A stretch of DNA of 64,000 nucleotides from Rhina ancylostomus (taxonomy: Eukaryota), in the NCBI GenBank assembly GCA_030265395.1, contig JARFYF010000022.1, positions 38,630,484 through 38,694,483 of the forward strand, written 5' to 3'. Position numbers and translations under genes: made by a program. Positions 1 to 14,034 of the stretch are shown in pieces. The first letter of the stretch is position 1, and every line of letters begins with the position of its first letter. The notes under the pieces were generated by a model. The model had not been told where the DNA came from, ran no database searches, and saw nothing but the letters and a program-made list of their open reading frames with translations.

Positions 1-135
1 CAGGGTATCAAGGGATATGGGGAAAAGGCTGGAAATTGGGGCTAGATGGGAATGGTTTAGCTCATGGTGAGGTAGCGGAGCAGACTTGATGGGCCAAATG
101 GCCTACTTTTGCTCCTTTGTCTTGTGATCTTGTAA
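1..135 (+). mobile_element. CR1-type LINE 3' end
   Basis: ggtatcaagggatatgggga...gatgggccaaatggcctact...cttgtgatcttgt resembles the CR1 3' UTR and tail seen elsewhere in the window (e.g. 56040-56160). Confidence 0.7.
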
Positions 136-265
136 GACACAAGGGACTGCAGATGCTGGAATTTGGAGCCAAAAAACAAACTGCAGAAACTTAGCAGTTC
201 AGGCAGCATCTGTGGAGGGAAAGGAATGGTCAACATTTCAGGTTGAGACCTTGCAGCAGGGCTCC
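136..265 (-). mobile_element. Penelope-like terminal (pLTR) fragment
   Basis: ctgcagatgctggaa...cagcagttcaggcagcatctgtggag...acatttcaggttgagacc; same family as copies at about 22490, 25660, 26095, 38010, 55150 and 59020. Confidence 0.6.
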
Positions 266-329
266 AGTTGAGATTTACTCCAGAAACATCAGCTTAAAAA
301 CAAAAACTGACTGCCATTTCAGGGTTGTA

Positions 330-500
330 CAGGGAGAGTGCTGCACCATTAGCAGTGCTGTGTTTGAGACAAGATTTTAAACAGATATCCTGTCTGTTGT
401 GTCAAATTGACATAAGAAAACTCACTGTTGTGAAGAAAGGCAGGAAAGTTGTCCTCGGTGTCCTGATCAATATTAAACCTCCACTGACATCCCTGTAAAC
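330..500 (+). mobile_element. Deu-domain SINE (SacSINE1/AmnSINE-like) relic
   Basis: gggagagtgctgcac...tttaaacaga..cctgtctg...gaagaaaggcagg...ggtgtcctgatcaatatt resembles the Deu-domain consensus (recalled). Confidence 0.55.
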
Positions 501-739
501 TATCCCTCTCAACCATCAATNNNNNNNNNNNNNNNNNNNNNNNNNNNNNNNNNNNNNNNNNNNNNNNNNNNNNNNNNNNNNNNNNNNNNNNNNNNNNNNN
601 NNNNNNNNNNNNNNNNNNNNNNNNNNNNNNNNNNNNNNNNNNNNNNNNNNNNNNNNNNNNNNNNNNNNNNNNNNNNNNNNNNNNNNNNNNNNNNNNNNNN
701 NNNNNNNNNNNNNNNNNNNNNNNNNNNNNNNNNNNNNNN

Positions 740-950
740 ACTTTGCACTAAAATGGACTTTGTTTTATTTCTTTAAAATTGTGCTATTTTCTAAAAAGTG
801 TGTTTATTTTATTTTTAACATTTTTTTTATTGTGAATGCTGCTTTTATGATTCTATATGCCTATGATGCTGCTGCAGCTTTTTCATTCACCTGTGCATAC
901 ATGTACTTGTGCATGTTGTCAATAAACTCAATGTTGACTGACTTTGAACT
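740..950 (+). mobile_element. 3' tail of a Rex1/Babar-type LINE or derived SINE
   Basis: gatgctgctgcag..ttttcatt..acctgtgcatacatgtacttgtgcat...caataaact followed by a short tgact tandem tail. Confidence 0.5.
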
Positions 951-1305
951 AACAAGGGTGAAAATTCTACCCATTGAGAGACAGCTGACAATAATTTTTG
1001 CATATTTCTTCCTTTTTGTCATCCTTCTGGCGACTATGTTACCAGAATGTAGCATACTTGACAATGTTTCCAAATGAGAGTACTGCATCTGAACCAATGC
1101 TGACACTTCATGAGTTTATCCTCCTTATAAACTCTGCAGGAATTGCTGGAGTTCTAAAGCAATCTTCATCTATGCCATTCAGTCTGGTACAGTTATGTAT
1201 CAGATCCTGTTGCATGGAGAATACTTGTAGTTGCAGGCACATTGAGGGAATACTAGGTCTTGTCCTGTTGTGACAGCAACAAATAATCATGCATCTCACT
1301 TATAG

Positions 1306-1465
1306 GGATCGACGTGGAGGTGGCCAGGAAGGAGGAGGAGCAGCGGATGATCCAGGATGCCAGGCAGTGGCTAAATAGAGGGAAGCTGGAAGATGTTCGG
1401 CACCCGAAAACTGGAGCAAGTGCCCTTCATGTTGCTGCAGCCAAAGGCTACTTGGAGGTCATGAA
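1306..1465 (+). CDS. PPP1R12C: Coding exon, 160 bp, phase 1-2, ankyrin region: (G)IDVEVARKEEEQRMIQDARQWLNRGKLEDVRHPKTGASALHVAAAKGYLEVM(K)
   Basis: Acceptor cttatag|gg, donor aa|gtgagt; translation matches MYPT-family ankyrin repeats. Confidence 0.96.
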
Positions 1466-2547
1466 GTGAGTGGACAGTCATTGTGGGGTTTGGTGAAAAA
1501 AGATGAGTTTCTGGTTTTAGCCAAAAAAAAAAATCCTGAGTTAGTTACTACTCATCAAAATTTTAAAGGCAAATTTGTGTGTAAGGAATGCAGGAAATGT
1601 GATTTGATGTTAAGCTGATTTTGTTTTGTCTACAAGGAGGTTGCTGCTTCCTGCTGTGGGAACAAGCTTTACTTGCTGTAAGAGTGAGAACGTTGAGAAG
1701 ATGGAGATATCAGGAGGGTTTGGGATAGAAGCAGGAAGGTTCTTCACTATGAAACGTGCCAAGAGATGAATGAAATAAAATAATAGTCCAATGAAAGGAT
1801 GAGATAAATATACTGAAGGGATATTTTTGATGCCATTACCATTAAATGGTATTGCCTGTCTTTTGATATTTGCAGATTCACAAATTAGTTGGCCCATTTG
1901 TTACATTTCATCAGTTATTGTATTTAAAGTATTTTACTGATTGCAAACTGCTTTGAGTCTTTGAAAAGCAAGAAACAAATGCAAATCCTTTCTCCAACTC
2001 CTGATCATGGTCCATAGGAACTCATGGATGGCCAGTTTTTTGAGCTGCTACATCTAATGCATTTCATTTAGCACCATGGTAGTGCCATGGAGTGTAATGG
2101 AGGGTGTCCTAAATGTGAAGGTGGGACTTCATTTCCAGAAAAATATGCAGTGGTTTCGCATATCAATATGATTGTGGATAGATGCATATGAACTGAGTTC
2201 ACTGGTGAAGACAAAGACTCACCGTTTTCTCCAGAGACACTCCTGATGCTGGAGGTTCATGTCACCACCTCTCAGAGAACATTCTGTGCCCTTGCCACTT
2301 TTAATGCGTCTATGTGAAGTCGTATTTCAGATGCAAGATTCCCTAAAATGTTTCAAAAGAGAATTGTGATAAATCTTACTATTCTCCACTGTTAGCTCCC
2401 TCCACGTGTATTGGCAGCACTCTATAACGTTTTTTTTCTTGTTCAAGTATACTAAGTCATCAGAGGATTATTAATTCAAAGAAAACTGTGGCCGTTGTGG
2501 TTAAAGTATTTCTGGTATCCTTTCTGCAAGATGTCTTTGTGTTGTAG

Positions 2548-2692
2548 GTTGTTAATCCAGGCTGGCTTTGATGTGAACAGTCGAGATAATGATGGTTGGA
2601 CTCCATTACACGCAGCATCACACTGGGGCAAAGAAGAAGTCTGCAGGTTGTTGGTGGAGAACTTGTGCAACATGCAGGCTGTCAATAAAGTG
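2548..2692 (+). CDS. PPP1R12C: Coding exon, 145 bp, phase 2-0, ankyrin: LLIQAGFDVNSRDNDGWTPLHAASHWGKEEVCRLLVENLCNMQAVNKV
   Basis: Acceptor gttgtag|g, donor gtg|gtgagt; lies inside ORF 2495..2752. Confidence 0.97.
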
Positions 2693-4569
2693 GTGAGTCC
2701 TATCAGCATTAAGTTAAGAGCTCCCACACTGATACTGCTAATTTCTCAATGACTGTGGATTCTGTGTTGAAGTCGCCGCCTTTTGAAGCTAAATGCATTG
2801 ATGCACCACTAGTATGTTGCCAAGACTTAGACCACAACGCTCTTGGGTTACTCAAGTGTATGCTGAGGCAACAGCTAAACTGCGGTGGGTAACCTGGTTT
2901 CCTGGACTAGAGGGTTTTTTAAAAAAAAGTCAGATCTGGTTCCCATTCCTGATCATCATCTATTTACTTTCAAATAGGAATGGATTGTGCATGGCTCTTC
3001 AAATCTTTGCACTGCCAGGATTGGTTACTTCACTCTGCAAGGATCCTATCTTATTGACTATATCAGGATTAATATTAATCCACTTCTGTGACTGAGCTAC
3101 TAAAACACTTTGCACTATCATTGTAAGACTGAGACCACATGTGATATTATGTTATATATCATTTTTCATTAAAAATGTACAGATTTCCAGTTCGTTATGA
3201 TGTATTATCAGGCTATAGGATACAGGAGAGAGACCTTAGATCTGTATCCTCCACTGCTTAGTTCAGAGTATTTTGTGCTGTAAGTTGCTAGAAGTACAGC
3301 TGGACAGTGGTGGAATGAGGGCAGTGGAGCATCTGGGACCAACAGTCTAACTCATTACCTACTGAGATATAATAGAGAAAGGGACAGAGGAACAATACAG
3401 GCGGCTGAACTCGAGTCAAATCGGGCATAGGAAGAGAAAGAATGGGGGGAAAAGACAGGAAAGAAAACTAAGAAATATAAAATATATTTAATGAAGATTT
3501 TTAACATTTCTAAAAAGAACTTTCAATGTACTGGAATGAAACTTGATGTTGCTTTGCAACCATAGCAATTGACTGAGATTGTATTAACAATTATAATGTG
3601 TGTAAAGGATAACCAACCTATTGCAGTAAGTTTAACGGACAAATGGTTTGTGAATCCAGCAAATACTTAATAGTAAAGGTAAGGCTGAGGCCATTTGTGT
3701 CATGCAAGTTGTGGAGTTGTGTAATTGACCCAGAAGCTCTAAAAATGTGCCTCTCACAGCCTTTGTGAATCTTAATCCTTTGAATTTGATTTGCATATTA
3801 AGGGTGCATTGTTAATACAAGATTTGCAGGTTAAATTTTGTGCTTTATCGTTACAACAGTGCAGTACTGCAGTTTATCACACTGCTTCATTACATAGTAT
3901 TTTGATACATAAACACCAACATTTTTCATACACAATTTAAAAAAACATTTGGTAAAATCCTGAACAACTTGTCGAGCTGAAAATTGATAACAATTGGTAG
4001 TAAGAATTAAGAGGTCTTTCAAAAGAATTTGTAGGAGGGAAGTGATTGGTAGAAAGCCTTTTCCATGTGAGCAGATTAGAATAGGTAGCTAATTATCAGT
4101 TAACTGACATCTTTAAAATAGACTGTAAGGTATTTCCTTGCTGAAAATGGTGATTGTTACATGACCATTAATAAAATTGCTTGNNNNNNNNNNNNNNNNN
4201 NNNAGAACAGGGAACATATTTCTGTGCCATGGCCTCTTTCACATGGGTAGGAATAACAGTGCAAATTTTTAACTGCTATTACAATGAATGACAAAAAAAA
4301 AATTGTAAATCTGTGGACCTGCCTGTTTCCTATTCAGAGCTGTCAGTGTGTTTTTAAAAAAAAGTTTTGAGAGATTTTCAAAATGTACCCTGCTCATTAA
4401 AGCAGTAAATCAATAGGTAATGGTGGGGGGTGGGGGGGTGGCGGGGGCAGAGAGGAAAAAGAAACTAATTTAATAGAAAGGAACCATCATACACTGGATG
4501 CCTTGGAATGGCATAAGATAGATGGGTACTGATAGGCTCAATGCTCTCTTCTGATTCTTTGCCAATGTA

Positions 4570-5430
4570 TTGTGCTGCAATATTCTGTATTTCATTGTCT
4601 GATGCTGTACTGCACTATACAAATCTATTTTGCTCTCTTCTCCTATATTGTACATTATACTGTGGCCTGAATGTCTTTACCTATATAAGCTAAACAAAAT
4701 AGTCAATTATTGCATTGCTTTTTGGGACTTGCAGCATGAAGAGACATCATTATTGATAAATTGCCAGTGCTTTAACTCATTATACTTGGAGAGGTTGTAC
4801 CCTTGTACTGTCATTTTGTAAGCCCTCTCATTCCACGTTGCTCTGCATTGCTGAATTTGCATAGTGCTGCTCTGTATTGTTATTGCTNNNNNNNNNNNNN
4901 NNNNNNNNNNNNNNNNNNNNNNNNNNNNNNNNNNNNNNNNNNNNNNNNNNNNNNNNNNNNNNNNNNNNNNNNNNNNNNNNNNNNNNNCTCTGTTTTGCTC
5001 TATAGTGCACTCTATTGTATAAAATTGATCTACTTTCCAGCATTGTTTTTATTATTCCTCTGCATTAATTATATTATTATTGCTCTTTTTCTCTGTAAAG
5101 CTACTGCACGATATTACTCTGTTTCATTGTATTCTTTTCAATACTATTGAAGGACATTTCATTCAAATATAGAGCAACGCATTTACTAAGGGGCATACAT
5201 TGTGAGTATGTTGTTCAATGTTAATCAAATTACTAGGTTTCCACTATGTTACTTTACATTATCCAATGTTATTTCATGCTGCCTGCATTAATTGTTGCTC
5301 TATATTGCACTATATTCTTTGCCATATTTTCTACTGCCTAACTTCTTATTCTAATTTGTTATTCTATTTGTATCATATTTATACTTTGCACTGTATTGCT
5401 CTTTTTTTTGCACTGTATTATGCTATATTA
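4570..5430. repeat. Degenerate pentamer-type simple repeat (tgtat/tgcac/ctcta), interrupted by a 100-N gap
   Basis: Recurrent tgcactgtatt, tgctctatatt and attgctct motifs. Confidence 0.6.
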
Positions 5431-6216
5431 GAAAATACAAATTAAAGTCGACGAAAATGATCCTCAATTAATGCATGTGATTTTACACTGATTTATCTCG
5501 CAGATTAATGTTTCATGATGAACTTGGATAGTCGGTTTCAACTTCACATGATTTAAAATGGTGCAAAATCTCAGAAACCCCACTGGTTAGAGTTGCTTGA
5601 CTTTCCTGTACTTTGCGGAAATGCGGTATGTTTCTTTTGGGTGAATTAGTTGTAGGGATCTGATAATTCTGCACTGGTGGTATCAGAATCCATAATACCT
5701 CATGTCTGTCATAAGGAACATTGTATATGTAGTGGTTATTGCATGGGATGCTGTCTTCACCATGTGCTGATTTACAATAAATGCTAACATATTTTTGCAT
5801 TAGTGCAGTTTAAAGTAGTAATAAGCAATATTTCCACAACTGTACCTGATGTCAGGATAATGACAAAAATGCTGTATCAGGAGGCAGGACATGACTGGCA
5901 GTGTCTGAAATGAATAAGGTGGTTGGTTAGAGCAAAGGAGTAGCCAAATCAGAACTCTAGTGCAGATTTATTCTTGGGTGTAGTTTAGATATCTGTTGAG
6001 TAGATGTTTGACCTTTGCAGTGCATTGTGATTCAAGCAGTGGCAATATTATTTTCTTTAAATTGGTAGGAGTTTCACTGCAGGAGAGGTGGTTGTTTTAA
6101 TTGTACTCTGTAGGCAGGTTACAACTTTACTGTTTCTGGAGTGAATGTTAAGTGGGGAGAATTGATTGTTTGCCATCAGGAACAATGATCATTGACGGGT
6201 TTTTCCTGAATCATAG

Positions 6217-6291
6217 GGTCAAACTGCATTCGATGTTGCAGATGAAAGTCTCTTGGATCTGCTGGAGGAGCTACAGAAGAAACAGACCGTT
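6217..6291 (+). CDS. PPP1R12C: Coding exon, 75 bp, phase 0-0: GQTAFDVADESLLDLLEELQKKQTV
   Basis: Acceptor tcatag|ggt, donor gtt|gtaagt; matches MYPT1 GQTAFDVADEDILGYLEELQKKQ. Confidence 0.96.
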
Positions 6292-6983
6292 GTAAGTAGA
6301 CACAGACTTACAGGCAACAGTTTTTTTGAATACTCAGACTACACACACAAGCACTTTCATTAGGCCAAAGTGATAAAACTTACGACCAATTACTAGTCCC
6401 TTTTAGATGCTAGTCTGGTTTGTCAGGGAGTGGAGCTGTACAATGAGGAATTTACCTTGTGCTTTTTGTGATGAATCTCTTCCCAAGCCATCACTAGGTA
6501 ATTTATGACTAATAATGGAAATCAGTATTGCAAGTGATTTCAAACGGACCTTGTTCTAGGGTCCCCCTCCTCACTTTTTCAGAATTGGGGAAATGTTCAT
6601 AGACAACGTGAGGCAGAAATTTATTTAAGTTTCTTTCTATGACTTAAGCTGGTTTAAGCAATAGTACACTTATGTTGGGTCCAATTCCGAACATTGCTTT
6701 CTGCTCAAAGGGCAGGTGATCTAACATACAAATAAGCTTACTCCACATTGATTATGCAATCAAGAGAGATCTTTTCCACTCCAGAGATGTGAAGTGTATT
6801 TTTACTGGTCAGCTTGAGCCTTCCTATATGGTTGTACAAGGAACTATTGCAGTGTATGAGATGGAGGGATCTTTTATCAGGTTACTGAATTGTACACTCT
6901 TCTCCCTATGGTTTTCCCCCACACAATTGACCATTTATAGTTTTATGAATTTTTCTTTTCCTTCCTCTTTTTGCCGAAAACAG

Positions 6984-7075
6984 TTGAGGATTGAGAAGGA
7001 GAAGCAAGCCAAGATGGAGGCCTCACTTATTGAACTGTCGAATGCCTCTCAGCAAATACCAACCAGGACCAGGAG
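6984..7075 (+). CDS. PPP1R12C: Coding exon, 92 bp, phase 0-2: LRIEKEKQAKMEASLIELSNASQQIPTRTR(R)
   Basis: Polypyrimidine tract then aaacag|ttg, donor ag|gttagt; phases fit both neighbours. Confidence 0.92.
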
Positions 7076-8269
7076 GTTAGTTCTGACTTGGTTTGTTCTG
7101 GTGATTATCCTGCAGCATGTAGACTCACTGTTTGATGAGTGGTGATGCCTACTGCATTTCCCACCCTAACACCACTGGATGAGTTTTTAACTGTAGGCAC
7201 CACTTCACCCTTGATAGATTGAGCTGATGCTTAAAAAAAACACCAAGGATTTGCTTTTTCCCCTTCTTTTCCCACTGAAAGTGGAAGCATTGGTGCAATT
7301 GAAAATCATTTTTGAAAACACGTTTTAAAATATATTTATTTGCTTTGATTAAACCTCTTTGTGGAATAAGAATGTTAAAATCAGAGTAGTTTTTCCATTG
7401 ATAAGTTGCTGTAACAGGAGTCAATGTGATGGGGTCACTGCCCCTTGATATTTTGAATGGAACCACTTCAGATGAAGGTGAACTTAAGTAATTTCTTTAA
7501 TGTCATCTGCTTTTGAAAGGTGAAAGAGCGAAAGGATCAGACCTGCAGATAAAAGAACATTGGATTTCATTTTGTAGTGGCGCTGGTGTTATGAATGCTC
7601 AACATGTTTTTTTTTCCTTCTTGGTTTTAAATCAGCTTTGACTTTTATCCATAAGCTGCAATTTTGTTGCAGGTTTGTTAGTTGTTGTGTCCAATTCCTT
7701 AAAGATGTTTGTGTTGTCCTTTCAGTAACTGGTCACTGATGTGTTACACATCATTCTGGGATTTGACTGGCTTACCTTCAGTTCTGTGGCGCCCCACCCC
7801 CCCGGCAAATGCTCGCCCCAATTGAGATGAGGAAGGTGCACATGTACCTAGATACACACAGATCATTGAAACAAATGAAGCATTATACACATAGATTTGA
7901 TAAAGGACAAGATAAAACAAGTGTGTGCAGGCCAGTGGGCTGTGTGTGCGCACACTCATTCTTCATGTACATTCACCTTCATGTACATTCAAGGAGATGA
8001 GGATAAATAAAGAAGAAGAATTGAGTTGACTCAGACCCTTCTCATTCACAAATTGTATCCAGTTGCATTGTTGCCGGGGAGGTTTTTTTTAAGGTTTAAC
8101 TCTCTGAACAAAATAAAGGGAAGAAAGGACAATTTATGGTAAGTAGCTATGCATCCAATGATGTTCCTTCCATTATCAAGGAAGGAGAAAATATCCCATG
8201 TGACACCTGATTCACCACCTTGGATGTTCATTTTCTCTACCAGTGCCCCAGTTCTGTTTCAGTGTATGT

Positions 8270-8930
8270 CAGCCACAACATATTAACATACAAATTAGGA
8301 ACAGGACTAGGTCACTTGGCCTCTNNNNNNNNNNTCCACTAGTCAGTAAGACCACGGTTGGTCTGAATTTAACCTCGACTCTGCCTTCCTGCTTACCCAC
8401 TGTAATATTTCAGTTCTGTTGCTCTCAAGAATTTGCCTTAAAATATCAAAGACTCTGCTTGCACCACATTTTGAGGAAAAGAGTTCCAAAGACCGATGTC
8501 CCTCAGAGAAACATTTTCACATCTTCATCTCTGCCTTACACAAGTTCCATATTCTCCCATGAGAGGAAATATCCTCTCCAAACCCTCCCTGTTAAGACCC
8601 TTAAGGATCTTGCATGTTTTAATTAAATTGCCTCTCTTAAAAATATGTGTAGTTTGTCCAACTTTGCCTCATTTGACAACCCACCTATGCCAGGTATTAG
8701 TTTTGTAAACCAGCTCTGAACTGTTTCCAATTTGTTTACTTACTTAAGTAAGGAAACCAAAACCATACACAGTACTCCAGATATGGTCTCATCAACACCT
8801 CATATAACTGAAATATAAACTCACTATTTCTGTGTGCGACAGCATTCTGTTACTTCTACAATTGCAGTACCAACCTTTTGTGAATCACGTGCGACAGAAC
8901 CCAGATCCCTCTGCATCTCAGAGATGAGTG
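8270..8930 (-). mobile_element. Decayed CR1 LINE 3' portion
   Basis: aaccatacacagtactccagatatggtctc and acccagatccctctgcatctcagag are reverse complements of the CR1 RT C-terminal motifs (RPHLEYCVQFW, QRDLG). Confidence 0.7.
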
Positions 8931-11900
8931 CAAGATGTGCTGTACATGTTGTGTGTGAGTGTCTTGCTGTTTTAATGTCAGGAGTTCATAACAGACCTAT
9001 TATGATCGCACTTGTAGCATACTAAAAAAAATCAAGGAATAAAATATTTTTCATTGCACTGGTGAAATGCAGGGATTATGAAATGTGCCAAATTCCCTTT
9101 CCATCCACAACAGTGCTTTCTTACAGATTTCTAAAGTGTGCTAATAACCTCCAGTGGCAAGTTCAGGTACTGCATCAGCTCTTCAATCCAAGTGCTGTGC
9201 AAATAAGGGCAAAAGAACTCCCAAGTGCCAGCAAGATCTCTCTAAAACACACCATATACAATCAACTGTATCAGTGACAGCTTGGCACCTTCCCAAATAG
9301 TTGTGTATTCAAGCTCCACTCTAGGACTTGAATGCATAATCTAGGTTGACACTTCAATACGTTATTGGAAAACTTATGAACTTTAGAATTATTCTCCCTC
9401 GGGATGTGATTTTAAACAGAGATCATCTATATCCATCCCACTAATGCTTATGCCAAATGACGGCCATTTAATTTCAAAATAATTCATCATATGCGAAGTC
9501 TGTGTATTTGGGAAAGTTGAGATGCGCATACCTTTTGCCATTTGCTGTAGACACGGCCCCAGTGTTTTAAGCTTTCGACCCATTATTTCCTCCTGCCCTG
9601 TCATTCCGACCATTCCATTCAATGTTATTCCTGACCTGTGATTTCTGTGGTCTTGCTAATCCTGGAACCATCTGATTCTGTGCTATCTTGTGCATTGAAA
9701 TCTTCAGCTATTCAAGTATTCACACACTCCTTTACCAATTTTCTCCTCCCTTCTTCTCCACTAATGATTTCCTCAACCAATTGAGCCTTGCGGAGAAATC
9801 TTCTTATGTATGTTTATTGAAACAATGTCAATTTAGCTGGAGCCAATTGTACATCTCATTACTTCGTAGTGAAATTGACCATGACTTCTTGCCTGACTTT
9901 GTCATCCTGCTTAATTATTTCTCTTGTCCTGTGCTCACAGTAACGACCTGTTTACCTGTACAATGCCCACTCCTCTTCATTCCTTAAGACTTGAATCGTC
10001 TCAATCATTTTCTCCGATGAAAACCAGATCTGTTATCTCCACAAATCCAACATCCCCCAATCAACTTATCTTTCAGATTTCTCTGTACATTTTCTATCAT
10101 GTTAATTTGTCCATTTTAAGATGGTGCTTAAACCAGAACTTAGTCGTCAAGACATCATCTCACCAGTGACTTTATACAATTGGAAGAATCTGCTTAAAGC
10201 GACAGTCAGTCTACCTTGAAGCAGACCCCACTAAGCAATCAGTGTGTGTTAAAACTTGGAGAACTAGGTGAGGGTTGAATAGAACTGAGAGGCAAATTGA
10301 AAATCAGTGGATTGTTGTTTTATGCTTGGATGTGAGAGAATGGCAAGACTAAAGGATGTAAAAGGTTTCACAGTTTTGAGATTTTGAGAAAAGATGATTT
10401 AGAGAAGATAGTTGAGGAACCTTGTCAAATGATGAAAGTTCAGGGAAAAAGACTGAAGTGAATCTAACATTGGAGTTAGGGAAGGACAGAAATCGAAAGG
10501 TCAAAGGATCCCTCACTAAAATTGTGTAAATGAAATAAAGACATGTCATAAGGGGGAGAGCTTTGAGTCTAGACATGAAAGAAGAGTTGTCCATCAGAAT
10601 CAACTCTTGATCCGTGTTGAGAGATGCTAGAAGGAATGTAATGATTTAGTTTTTGTACTGTGAAAATTAGAAGTGCTAGAAAAATGCAGCCGCGTAGAAG
10701 TTAGTGGATATACAATGGAATCCTTAGACAAGATTGGGTTGAAAGACGTGTGAAGTAAAGAACTGATGGAGAAGTAAAGAACTAATAATAAGCACTGTAT
10801 TGGAGTATGCAAAACAAAGGACAAAGCACCAGTCACAGTATGGATGATATTGTCTCGTGCAAAACTGGGTAGCCACTAATAGAACTCTGCCTCTGGGAAC
10901 TCCAAGTATGGTAATTCTTTTAAAAGTATGTAGAGTCAGATCTGTTTAAAAAAAAATTTTAAAAATGAAGGTTGATATGTTCTGGAAGACGCATCGAGCT
11001 GTGAGCACTGGACAAGGACCATACCAGTGAGTGCTTAATGGATTAGATCCATAAGCATAATAGGTAAATATTGGCTTTGATGGTATTAGAGGTAGCAGTT
11101 GAAGGGACACACTTTTTTGAGTTCACTAAATTGCTAAAAGGAAGAAAGGACCAAGAAAAGAACAGACTGCAAAAGCAATAAGTGATTGGAATAATACAGT
11201 TGAAGATTAAGCACTTTTAGTGAATGGCCAATAATTGCAGTCAAATACATTTCATCTTTGTAAATGGATATCTCACTTTTGTTCATTTAAACACCAAGGA
11301 ATGTCGATCTATTCTTACTTGGAGGAGAACACTTTCATTAGTGATCAATGTTCCAATGTACATTACAGCACACCTCTTGACATTTAAAATCTATCTATGT
11401 TGGAAGCAATCCACTAAATTGATCTAGATCCAGATAATCTAGAAAATGCTCGGTCACTTAATCTAGAGTCTGTTACATCTTTCGTGAAGGAACCTTCAGT
11501 TTACTGTTATTTAATACTATAATGAAGACATTTCACCTTATTAATTAATCATGTGATTAACAAGGAATCCAGAAGAGATCTTGAATAATTTAAGTCCATA
11601 GGATATTTTACATATATCACCCATTCCCTATTTTTGACCCACTTCCTAATCCATTTAATTCATCTGTCAACATTCTATTGCATCTCCTCATTTGTGGGTG
11701 TAAAATCATCAAACATCCTATGAAAACTTCACAAAGAATTCTAGCAGATTTCTGTCACAATATGTTATTGCTCCGAAATCCTTGCTGCTCTTTGAATTCT
11801 TTTTCTGCATGCCCGGATATTCTGCTTTTTCTTTGAATGCACTCATCCATTAGAAGACAAACTATTTTCCAACTGATTGCAGAGCCCATCTCGTTGCAGT

Positions 11901-13060
11901 CACTCATTCCTAATTATTAGGTTTGCCTTGTTACTATTTATTCTTTGTATCTTTTCAAACATTTTAAAATATTGATTAACATGATTAGTTAACAAATTCC
12001 ATTGTTATTTTATCATGCGTTGACCAGGATGATAATGGTGAATTAGATGGGCATTTATCATCTCAGTTTTTAATGTTGAAGTATTGATAAAAATGATCAA
12101 GAAATAAAGAGGTTAAATTAATGAGACAAGTATATTATTGAAAGGGAATGGAGGGGAATGCTGTAAAGCAACGAGTGTTGCAGTAACCCTGTGGTGATGA
12201 GGAATACACTGTGTGTTGAGGCTTAGCCTCATGTAGATTGAAAGTTGGCTGCACTGTATTGGCTTCTTCACTGGACAAAGAGTGATGCCTCACCAAATAA
12301 AATGCTGTGTGAGGTTTGCCTCTGGGTTCAATGATTGTTTTATGCTTTTGAGATACAGCAGGGTACAAAAGAACAGCTCCAGCATTTCCTTACGAATAGC
12401 CTTCAACTCTGAGACGCAAATGCCTCGCTGCACTGGATAATCGCGGTGAAACGTTACTAATAAATGTGTTAAGTCAACAATAAAACAGTTTAATAGAGCT
12501 GGAAGTACAATACTTGATAATATCAGTGCTGGGAGTGTATTATACAGTTATAGAAAATAACAGGGTGTAATGAACAGAGCATTACACGGTAATTACGAGA
12601 TCCAGAGTGCAGTACACAGGAATTCATAGTTGTGGACTGTGTATTTAGCTGAAGTGTTACATGTAATAATAGTGACCTGGGTTCAGAATGTATATCTTAC
12701 AGAATAGATGGGAGCATGCTTTTCATGTGAGCCAGAGATACATTGCATATTGAAAGTGATTTGGGATGTGTTTCACTCAGCAAAAACTATCAGTAAACAG
12801 CAGATCTGAGAGTGCATTACTGATGTTTGAAGGTTAGAGGGAGTGTTGCCCAGGATAACATGGGGTACTACAGGAAAATAGAGCAGAGAGAATTATCTAA
12901 ATTTACTATCAGCGTCCTATTTGCGTAGTGCTGGAGACTGGCTCCTTTATACCCTGTTGGAGTTTTGTGTCTAACCTCAGTGATGGAACTTGCTTATCGA
13001 GTCTTGGGCCTGCACGCATCACACTAACAGCCAATTAGTGCTAATCCGTTATCCCACCAG

Positions 13061-13233
13061 GACTTCTATTTCCCGTATGAGCAGCAAAGATAAAATCTCA
13101 ATGCATGACAAGGAGCGCAAGACACTGGAGTCTGTAATGCTGGAGCATGTTAATGATGAGGAAGAGGATAGGAAGAAGTTGAATGGCTCAAGTTCTGAGG
13201 AGGAGGTGCCTCATGAAGCTGAATCAGAGGCTG
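13061..13233 (+). CDS. PPP1R12C: Coding exon, 173 bp, phase 2-1, acidic region: TSISRMSSKDKISMHDKERKTLESVMLEHVNDEEEDRKKLNGSSSEEEVPHEAESEA
   Basis: Acceptor caccag|g, donor g|gtaagt; resembles MBS85 RRSSVCRLSSREKISLQD and the MYPT acidic SSSEE stretch. Confidence 0.93.
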
Positions 13234-14034
13234 GTAAGTCAATGACTTCTGCTTCCATCACAAGGGGGGGCTTGGAATATCTCTGCATGGAGGGGTGCTT
13301 TAGACTGGTGGGCCAATGAAATAATTTCAGTCTGGGGGAAAAAAAAATGGATTTTGTACCCCAACAATTTAGCTAAAGAAGGACTCTTTGGAAATTTTAA
13401 AAGATCAGAGGAACTAAGTGGAGAGGTAGACTATTTGATTTCAGTGTTTCTCCACCATTCAGTGGCATCATGGTTGAATCTCTATTATTTTGCTACCCTT
13501 GATATCCTTTGATTTCTGCCCAGAGACAATTGACCTCAGTTTGAATGTACTAATCATTGTTTGAATGTAAATCCTCAGTCTGCTGGAGTGCAGAGTTTCA
13601 AAGAATGAAAATGGTTTCTCCATATTGTCCTAAATATTCAGTCCCCTAGCTGAGACTATGATAACTGGACACCAAGTAGTGGAACGAGTTTTTCAGCCTT
13701 GTGAGAAATGTTTGAATGAAGTTGTCTCTTATTCCTCTAAAACCTGGAGAACGCAGGTCTATTCTTATTCTGAGGACATAACTGTTATCCCAGAAAACAA
13801 CCCAGTGAACTTTCATGATATCCCCATCCAAGTTAACTGATGCAGCAGTGGAATCAGAGCCAGGTCTAACGGAGGTCCACATCTTCTGAATTTAATGCTA
13901 ATAGGATCTGTGAGGATAGAAAACTTGAAATTAGATTAATGGACAATCGACTTCCAAGGGGAGACAACAGATTTCTCGTTGCTTCCAGTATTCTCCTGCA
14001 CTCCCAGCACTGGTGGTGTAAAAAGGAAACTGTG

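Noticed and set aside
509-748. ORFs consisting largely of X (also near 4803, 38456, 51655 and 54053)
   Set aside because: Artefacts of N gaps.
7782-7835. Possible 54-bp exon (ttaccttcag|...gaag|gtgcac) in a small GC-rich patch
   Set aside because: The required phase-2 frame hits TGA and the donor is weak.
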